Notes under the pieces: model-generated
What the model was told of the DNA's origin: nothing
Seen by the model: only the letters and a program-made list of their open reading frames with translations
Databases searched by the model: none
Origin: Vicugna vicugna
Taxonomy: Eukaryota
DNA length: 42,821 nt
Assembly: GCA_013265495.1 (NCBI GenBank)
Contig: MU058451.1
Coordinates: 372,001-414,821 of the forward strand
Reading direction: 5' to 3'
Position numbers and translations under genes: made by a program
Shown here: positions 35,657 to 42,821 of the stretch, piece after piece
Layout of the letters: each line of letters opens with the position of its first letter
Position numbering within the stretch: position 1 is the first letter of the stretch

Positions 35657-36457
35657 ACTTTGCTAAGGAACACCATCTCTTTACAGTATTTTGTAAAAGA
35701 ATAGACATAGCACTGAAATAGTAGTTACAACTCAACTTTCTTTTGTGACCAAAAATCTTGTACCCTATTAACAATATAGTAGTTTCAATAACCTTGCTCT
35801 AAAATGAAAAAAAAAAAAAAAGGTCTGATTCATAAATTACTGTTGGTTGTAGACATGTCACCAGCAGTAAGTATCTGGCGCACTCAAGTGAATGCCATGG
35901 TCAGTCTGCTTTCCACCGGTGTATGTATTGGGTTGTCAGTGCCAAGCGGAGAAGTTTGGGATCCCCACAGGCATAATTTCAAGATTTCTTTATAGTATGG
36001 TGGAATGTTACAGGATTTTATAAAGAACAAGATACCCAGATTCTTTACTGAGCAAATTCTCCCAGTGCATTTGGCCTGATTTCACTGTTGGCTTTTTCTT
36101 GATTTTTACTAGGTTTTTCATATGTTAAATTTTAAGTAGGGACATTTTTACAATTTTTAAAGTTTTATTTTCAGTCTGCTTGCTCCTAAAGTAATGTTTT
36201 TAAATGATCCAAAATAATATATTTTATATAGCATATTTTAAATAAATAGTAAGTGGATTTTCTGTAATAACATATATTTTCCAGTATTGTGTTATTATGC
36301 ATACTACTCTCTTTTCTTTATTTTGGAATGATTATCCTTTCTTCACAAGACATTCTTTTTTCTTGCTCTTTTCTCTTCCCCACAAATTGTTTCTATTCCA
36401 TTCTTGGTCTATCCCATTGGCCCTTTCTCATATATTTTTATTGTTTAGTTACTCTTC

Positions 36458-36568
36458 TTTGGGGGGTAATTAGGTTTATTTATTTGTTTAATGGAGGTAC
36501 TGGGGATTGAACTCAAGACCTCTTGCATGCTAAGCGGGCACTCTACCACTGAGCTACACCCTCGCCCC
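36458..36568 (-). mobile_element. Vic-1-type camelid SINE, full length
   Basis: A box TAGCTCAGTGG, B-box GAGTTCAATCC, tail TACCTCCATTAAACAAATAAATAAACCTAATTACCCCCC. TSD-like flanks tgtttagttactctt / tgtctattaactctt. Confidence 0.88.
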
Positions 36569-36974
36569 TGTCTATTAACTCTTAATCTAACTCTGTCACT
36601 GTCTCTTCATGAATTCAGAATGATTCAAGCAAAATCTATTAAAATGAGTTTTTCTCTTTTACACCAATGTTTAATCTGTTTTTATTTGTCATTGTCAAAG
36701 CACCCTCAAATTTGACCTCAATTTCAAACAACCTTCCATTTGCTATTGATACAATGGTGATGTTGGTCTACATTTCACCTTCTTGTAACTTCCAATTAGA
36801 TATGAATTATTATATTTTTAAAAATTTGGTTTAGATATAATGCAACAAAATATATTATACTAAGATGCATGAAATTAGACTGTAACACATTCTTCATTCA
36901 GGGGAAGCCCCTACACATCTCTGTCATAGCACAGATGGCACTTCATCTTTGCTGAAGAGAGTACTTTTTTTTTT

Positions 36975-37085
36975 CTACTACTGGATTGTAAGTCCTTTGA
37001 AAACAGGGGGTGTATGTAAACCTCTTCTGTCCAGCACAGTGTAGGGTTTTAACAAATGAATAACAAATGAATAAATGAATGAATG
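36975..37085 (+). mobile_element. L2 LINE 3' end
   Basis: tactggattgtaagtcctttgaaaacagggg...aatgaataaatgaatgaatga. Confidence 0.6.
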
Positions 37086-37334
37086 AGAACCATTACTTGT
37101 ATAATTTCAGTGGTCTTTTCCAAAAAAAAATACTTCCCTGGTCATCTCCAAATGACACCAGATGAAATTCCTTTTGCCAAGTTTCAAAACTTTTAATTTC
37201 CCAACCGGACTTATTTTCCACCCAAGTTATCCTTAGGAAAATACATTCGCTTTAACTTATTCATCCAAGGCAGAAGTTGTCGTTCCCCATTTGAAGATGA
37301 GAATCATGTCCCCACCCCAGTAAAAATAAATGAG

Positions 37335-37381
37335 GAGCCCCGCCAGGTGATTTTAAATGTAGGCAAAGTTGAGAACGGCTG
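37335..37381. mobile_element. MER5-like hAT-Charlie terminal fragment
   Basis: ccaggtgattttaaatgtaggcaaagttgagaacggctg. Confidence 0.5.
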
Positions 37382-37984
37382 GGCTAAGATAGAAGTAACT
37401 GAAGGCAGGTTCTAAAGAGTAAGGAAAGAAGAAAAATGCGATCCATAGTGACCTGTGGCAGAGAAGTTCTCTGTTGGGGGCGGGGCGGTGGGGGCAGGGA
37501 TATGGAGATGAGCCCAGCTCTTCCTTCAAGAGGCTGGGGATGGCCAGCAAGAGAAAAGTATTTTTTAAAGTATGCATTGTCTTGAAAGATTAAGAGGAAA
37601 GATTATAAGTACTTTGTAAAGAGGCAAACTTCAAAGAGGAAAGAATTTCAAATGTAAATTTAAAAATGAGGTCAGAGATTCCAACAATTGCTAATAAAAG
37701 GGCCCTTTGAGTTTCTTGGGCTTTTACAAAAATATTGCCCAGGCTCGCAAATACGGCAAGCGGACTGGGTATACAGACTCAGAGAAAAGTGTAAAGAAGA
37801 ATAAATGTTGACACAGCAGGATCTGAGAGAAGAAAAACTGTTCTAAGGAATTAGTAGTCCCCCAAATTGTGTGTATACTATGATTGCAACCACTTAGAAA
37901 CCACAGCGCATAAGGATGTGAGCAAGAAGAGAAGAGAGATGACGTTAGACAATTGGCATGTTTAGGTGTCTTGAACTCAAACTG

Positions 37985-38090
37985 GAAAGTTCTAGTTCCT
38001 GCTTTGCGGCTAACACACTGTGCTGCCTCAGGCAAGTCTGTCCCCTCCTCTGGGGCTCCATTTCTTCACCTGCAAAATGAGGGAGTTGAA
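37985..38090 (+). mobile_element. MIR/MIR3 fragment
   Basis: ttctagttcctgctttgc...ggcaagtctgtcccctcctctggggctccatttcttcacctgcaaaatgaggg. Confidence 0.65.
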
Positions 38091-38238
38091 AGCTTGAGCT
38101 AAATCAGTGCTTCTTGCAAGATTTCTCTGAAAGAGTAAGCAAAGGCAGCCGAAGCTCAGGGAGGGGAGAGCCTGAGGCACCTAGTGCAAGTACAAATCTT
38201 TTTAACTCCTGGTGTTTTGTCTTAAAAGTTCACGCCCT

Positions 38239-38350
38239 AGGGAGGGGGTGGGGTATGCCTCGGGGTAGAGCGACTGGGTTCAATCCCCCTCCAGTGAAAA
38301 ACAGAAAAAAAGAGAGGAATGGCGATTTAACAAACTTAATAATTAAAATG
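38239..38350 (+). mobile_element. Degenerate, internally deleted Vic-1-type SINE
   Basis: ggggtatgcctcggggtagagcg-actgggttcaatccccctcca plus A-rich tail; flanked by aaaagttcacg (~38224) / aaaagttcatg (~38352). Confidence 0.65.
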
Positions 38351-38884
38351 AAAAAGTTCATGTTCTGGCCTGTAAACATACCTAATATGTGAATTAATTC
38401 TCAATAAAACAGTTTTTTCAGAAAGTTCATATACTTTTTATTCCTTACTCTTCTTTTTGGGCTTTTTTCTTTTAAATACAGTTGAGCTTGTATTGTATAT
38501 AAAATTTTATATTCTGCTTTTTTTCCACTAAGTATTATATCGTTCACATTTTATATATGTCATTAAAAACGCTGTTACTTTTCTTTTTACAGCTTTCCAA
38601 TATCCCGTCATATGGCTGTACTATAATGTATTAACCATCTCCTAATTTGGGATATTCGTGTTACAGAACAGAGTGTTTTTGCCACCACGCTGCCTTAATT
38701 CCGTCTGCTTGGATCCATGCAAAGGCTGAGATTTCTTTATAGTTTTTAATTGAATCCTCTGAAGTACAGAGATTGCAAGATGAAAAAAATTTTTTTCCCT
38801 TATTGCTGCCATGTGTTAAGTGGTCTTTTAGTGATGTAAGTTGTAATTCATTCTTTTTTGAGATCTCACTGCTAAAGGTAGGGG

Positions 38885-39050
38885 AGAAATTAACATTTAC
38901 TGAATCCAGGGTCTTTTGTAAAGATTATTATAGGTCATCCACCCAGTGAGGTAATGACCATCCCACTTCGTGTAATAATAAGCTGAGACTCAAAGGAACC
39001 AAGTGACTGTCTAACAACATGCAGCACTGGGGTTTCAATCGGGTCTTACC
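38885..39050 (-). mobile_element. MIR fragment
   Basis: taacatttactgaat...gctgagactcaaagga...aagtgactgtctaacaacatgcagc...ggtttcaatc. Confidence 0.5.
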
Positions 39051-39123
39051 TCCCCCGATCTGTCCCCGGCCATCGTGTTCAGCATACTTTGGCCCCAAAG
39101 ACACTCTTGCACTTCCCTCATCA

Positions 39124-39533
39124 TTTTTTTTTTAAATGAAGTCTAGTTGATTTACAATATTATATTTGTTTCAGGTGTCCAGCATAGTGATTCAGTATTT
39201 TTAAAGAGTATACTCTTTTTAAAGTTATTACAAAATAATGGCTATATTTCCCTGTGCTGTACAACATATCCTTGCGGCTTATTTATTTTATACATAGTAG
39301 TTTGTATGGCTTAATCCCCTACCCCTATCTTACCCTTTCCCCCTTCTGTCTCCCCACTGGTAACCACTGGTTTGTTCTCTACAGCTGTGAGTCTGTTTCT
39401 GTTTCGTCATATACATTTGTTTGTTTTTATTTTTTGGAGTCCACGTGTCAAGTGATAACATCAAGTATTTGTCTTTCTCCTCTCACTTACTTCACTGAGC
39501 ATAAGGCCCTCCGGGTCCACCTACGTTGCTGCA
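39124..39533 (-). mobile_element. Cetartiodactyl L1 3' end (~410 bp)
   Basis: T-tail plus atgaagtctagttgatttacaatatt...ccccactggtaaccactggtttgttctc...ttacttcactgagcataag...gttgctgca. Confidence 0.9.
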
Positions 39534-39685
39534 TCTTGAATCCTCTTTGCCGCTCTCTCTTCTTGGCAGTGCCTTGGTCTCTCCTGCAACTAGCATCTCT
39601 TTTCTTCATAAGGGTTCCTTGATGCGCAGCACATAGTTTGTTTTCCAAAGGATAAATAAATGAAGGACTATTTCAATGCTTACAG

Positions 39686-40037
39686 CAGGGGTCAGAAAAT
39701 TTTTTCTGTAAAGGGCCGGATAGTGACCATTCTTGCCTTCGTGGAACATATGATCTCATACGTATGACATCATACGTGACAGTCCCAATTACCCACCCCT
39801 GCCTTTGTGGTGGGAGAGCAGCCACCTACCGTACATGACAATGGATGTGGCTGTGCTCCAATAAACTTTTATTTAGGGACACTCAAATTTGAATTTCATG
39901 TAATGTTCATTTCTCACAAAATATTCTTTTTTTGATTTTTTCCCTTCATCTATTTAAAAATGTACAAATCATTCCTAGCTCAGGGGCAGTAAAAAAAAAA
40001 AAAGGGGCCTGGTGGGCCATAGTTGGCTGACTCCCCT
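39686..40037. mobile_element. MER58B-like hAT-Charlie DNA transposon
   Basis: Termini caggggtcagaaaa ... tggctgactcccct; internal tctgtaaagggccggatagt and tggctgtgctccaataaacttttattta. Confidence 0.85.
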
Positions 40038-41269
40038 CCCCCACATGGGCCTGGTATTCACTGTAAGGCTTGCTGTGGCTGCTGTGCGAGGTGACTGAGT
40101 GATGGAGTGTATGTGGGTCATGCCCACGGGCTCCATTAGGACAATTCTAAAGGATGCACATAAAATAAAGATCTCAGCCAATAAACCCCTAGTACATTAA
40201 TGTTTGTGAGAATAGGTAGTAAGTGATGTCAGAAATGCATCTCCTGAGACCAGGCAACAGTGAGTCCCCTCCAATGGCAGTGATCAGTTAGCATTCCCAT
40301 TTCCCTTAGTGCGGGGATGGTATGTCTTGTTATCTCCACCTACATTCTAACCACATGCCTAAAAGTCTCACACCCTGGCCTCTCTGTACCTTGCAGTTTT
40401 CCCCTGGAAAGACAGCCCATCGCTATGTCAGCCTCTTGCCTGTGGCCATACTTCAGACTTTAAAGCTTAAACTGGCTTCCTCCCCACCTTATACCTCCGC
40501 TTTCTTTCCCCTCACCCTTCTTGCTGCCTCAAGTCCAACAATCCTTCCACTCCATTGGCGCTTATAATTATCTGCTTCTAATACCTGTCACTGTCCTTCA
40601 CCCAAATCCAGTCTTCACTTTCCTCCTTATCCAGCCTAAACTTCAAGGTCAGTCCTGATACTCTCTCCCTTGCTTAGGCCATCACGGTTTGGTTTTCAGC
40701 AACTGGGTGGTGTCTTCAACTCAGACAGGAAACAACGGTAGAAAAAGATGTTGAGTTAAACCCCACACCCTTCCCCATAGCCTGGTGATGCCTTCAGTGC
40801 TAAGGGGTTTGTGTGTCACTCTGGCCTTGAGCATTTCTCTGAGGACTGCCTACTCCCTGGCCTAAATCTGGGTCCACAGCTCATCTGCTCCTCCAAGGCA
40901 CAATCAGAGGAGGGAATGTGAATGGTGTCAGAGTTTCCAGGATTATCTGGGCCACTATCTCCATTTCTCTCAGCTCTTTCAGGTATATTTTTCATGAAAG
41001 AAATCTAGGCAGAGAAAAAAAGTGGATACCAGGTACACAGCAAAAGCTCTTCTCTGTCTGTAGTTGGATAATTTGGGCTCTGGGCTGAGAAAAGAGATGA
41101 CCTAATACTTCCTACTGGGAAATAACAGGTTTGGGAAATAGACAAGTGATTCTCATCTACCGCAACTGATAAGGTGAACCAAGATGCTCTTAAAAATACT
41201 CAACGTACGTCAGAGCGAGCCAAAGGTATAAATCATATAACACAATTTTGATGACCAATAAAAGCATTC

Positions 41270-41590
41270 TTATTAAAGGAAACTAATCTTAGAAAAAAAT
41301 TAATGGCTTTTAAACATAACTGTTAAGATTAATAGAGAAAGAAAAGGTATTATACTTTTATGTTTGATGTCTATGAAGCATTCAGATAGTTACATGAAAT
41401 TGTACTGGATAAATCAATTCAAATTGATTTAGTTTTGGGTACTTGTGAATAAACTAAGAACTGGCTAAAAGACCAGCAGATTATGTGGTCTTGCTTCGAG
41501 ATAATGATACGCATTGTGAACTCCAATATGGGGCATGCTGTCAACCAGAAAGCTTTAGTGTGTGGTTCTTTTATCTACGGTTATTATTTG
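41270..41590 (+). mobile_element. Ancient CR1/L3 LINE reverse-transcriptase remnant
   Basis: Single frame 41357-41479 FMFDVYEAFR*LHEIVLDKSIQIDLVLGTCE*TKNWLKDQQ aligns by eye to CR1 RT IYLDFSKAFDxVxHxILxxKL...WIxNWLxxRxQ. Confidence 0.55.
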
Positions 41591-41592
41591 AT

Positions 41593-41718
41593 ACAAGTTC
41601 CTGGAGGGCAGGGTCCATGACTGTGAATCAATTTGTCTTTTTATTTCTTGTGCCTAGTCCTGTGCCTGACATATGGTTAGCTGCATAAACACACCTGGAG
41701 TGAATGATGAATGAATGT
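41593..41718 (+). mobile_element. L2 LINE 3' end
   Basis: aagttcctggagggcagggtccatg...gtgcctagtcctgtgcctgacatatggt...tgaatgatgaatgaatg. Confidence 0.75.
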
Positions 41719-42821
41719 GATCATGAAGGTGAGACACTGCAAAATCTTGAATTGGCTTTTAAACCATTAAAGAAAGCCTAAATTATATTCAGTGTGCCTT
41801 ATTTTCTAATTCTTTGGCCATTGTTAATCTGTTATCATGTCTAATGGTAAATTCTCAATTAAATATGATACTCTTATTTTCTCACCCAGCTGAAAATTAA
41901 AGTTTATTGACATACCATTAGATGGCAGATCCAGTGTTAATATTTCTATAGGTGGCCTTAAGGTACTAAATATCTTTAGTTTTCAGTGGAAAAAATCAAG
42001 AGCATTTCATTAAAACAGAGAAACTAATAAAATTAGGAACTGATGAAAATTAAACTGAGACATATGAATCTTGAAATATATAACTTTTACTTTAAAAAGG
42101 AAGATTAAAAATATTATCAAATATAGAACTATATCTGAGTGTAAGCAGAGATATGTTCACATGAACACTTTATTAAAACTGAGTATATAAAGTACCATAT
42201 CTTCTTTTTATCTGTTAATCTTACATTTCTGTTTAAAAGCAGTTAATCTTTTCTCAGACTAATTCTCTCTTAGTATGAGTACTTATATTGTTCAGCAAAA
42301 TAGTGCCATGCTGGTTATGCATTCTAGTACTAAAAGCCGAGAAAATAGCTCGATAACATACTCCTTGAATGTTCAAAAAACCTTTGCAAACTCTCTTAAC
42401 GTTCTGAGTTGAGTAGTTATTTCCCACTGTTTGTACAAACAGGTGCACCCTTTGCCAGCCCTGGGCCCCTGTTCTATTTCCCTCAATTTACTGCAGCAAA
42501 CTATTTATCCTGGAAGTAGGCAATAGGAGGAAGGTGCCCAAGAGCAGCCCTGTGAACCCAAATTTCATGACCTGCGTGTGAAATATCCTACCAAACCACT
42601 AGTCTACATTCATTCTACAGGAAGTCAAACCAGGCAGGGTGCACCTGGATACCGTGGCTTCTCCAGCTTGCTAAGTTGGATACTTCTGGTCAGGTATAGA
42701 AAAATATCACAAACATATGTCACAGGAACCAGTTTACATAAACCTGCCCACACTAAGGCTATTTCAGTGAAAATGGAGAAAGTCTAAGATCGTCAGTATT
42801 TCAATAAAATATACTTTACTA

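Noticed and set aside
42427..42442. Perfect 16-bp palindrome CTGTTTGTACAAACAG
   Set aside because: About 0.65 such palindromes are expected by chance in 43 kb (42821/4^8).
1..42821. CRISPR arrays, operons, rRNA or prokaryotic-type defence systems
   Set aside because: The sequence is mammalian; I saw no regularly spaced repeat-spacer array or gene-dense region.

Overview
Mammalian genomic DNA, most likely a camelid (three Vic-1-type tRNA-derived SINEs plus cetartiodactyl-type L1 3' ends). The central CpG island (~22.5-25.4 kb) contains the non-coding first exon of a minus-strand gene that I recognise from memory of the human mRNA 5' end as NCOA2 (TIF2/GRIP1/SRC-2); splice donor at 24455/24454. 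Bases 1-24454 are intron 1 and >24.7 kb is upstream intergenic DNA. No main-ORF coding exon of a host gene lies in the window; the long ORFs in the track are GC-rich artefacts or decayed retroelements. The most interesting structures are: (1) a 24-codon upstream ORF in exon 1 starting in a perfect TISU/YY1 element; (2) a three-level nested retro-insertion at 33.0-35.7 kb, comprising an ERV-L (MLT2) copy with twin-priming-like 5' inversion and missing LTR tail, interrupted by a full-length U6/L1 chimera with target-site duplication, itself probably interrupted by an L1 carrying a short 3' transduction; (3) a second, intronic promoter module at the CpG-island edge; (4) a sense-oriented solo LTR and candidate cryptic 5'UTR exons in intron 1. 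I do not see evidence for a wholly new biological system. Repeat names and boundaries are by eye and approximate.
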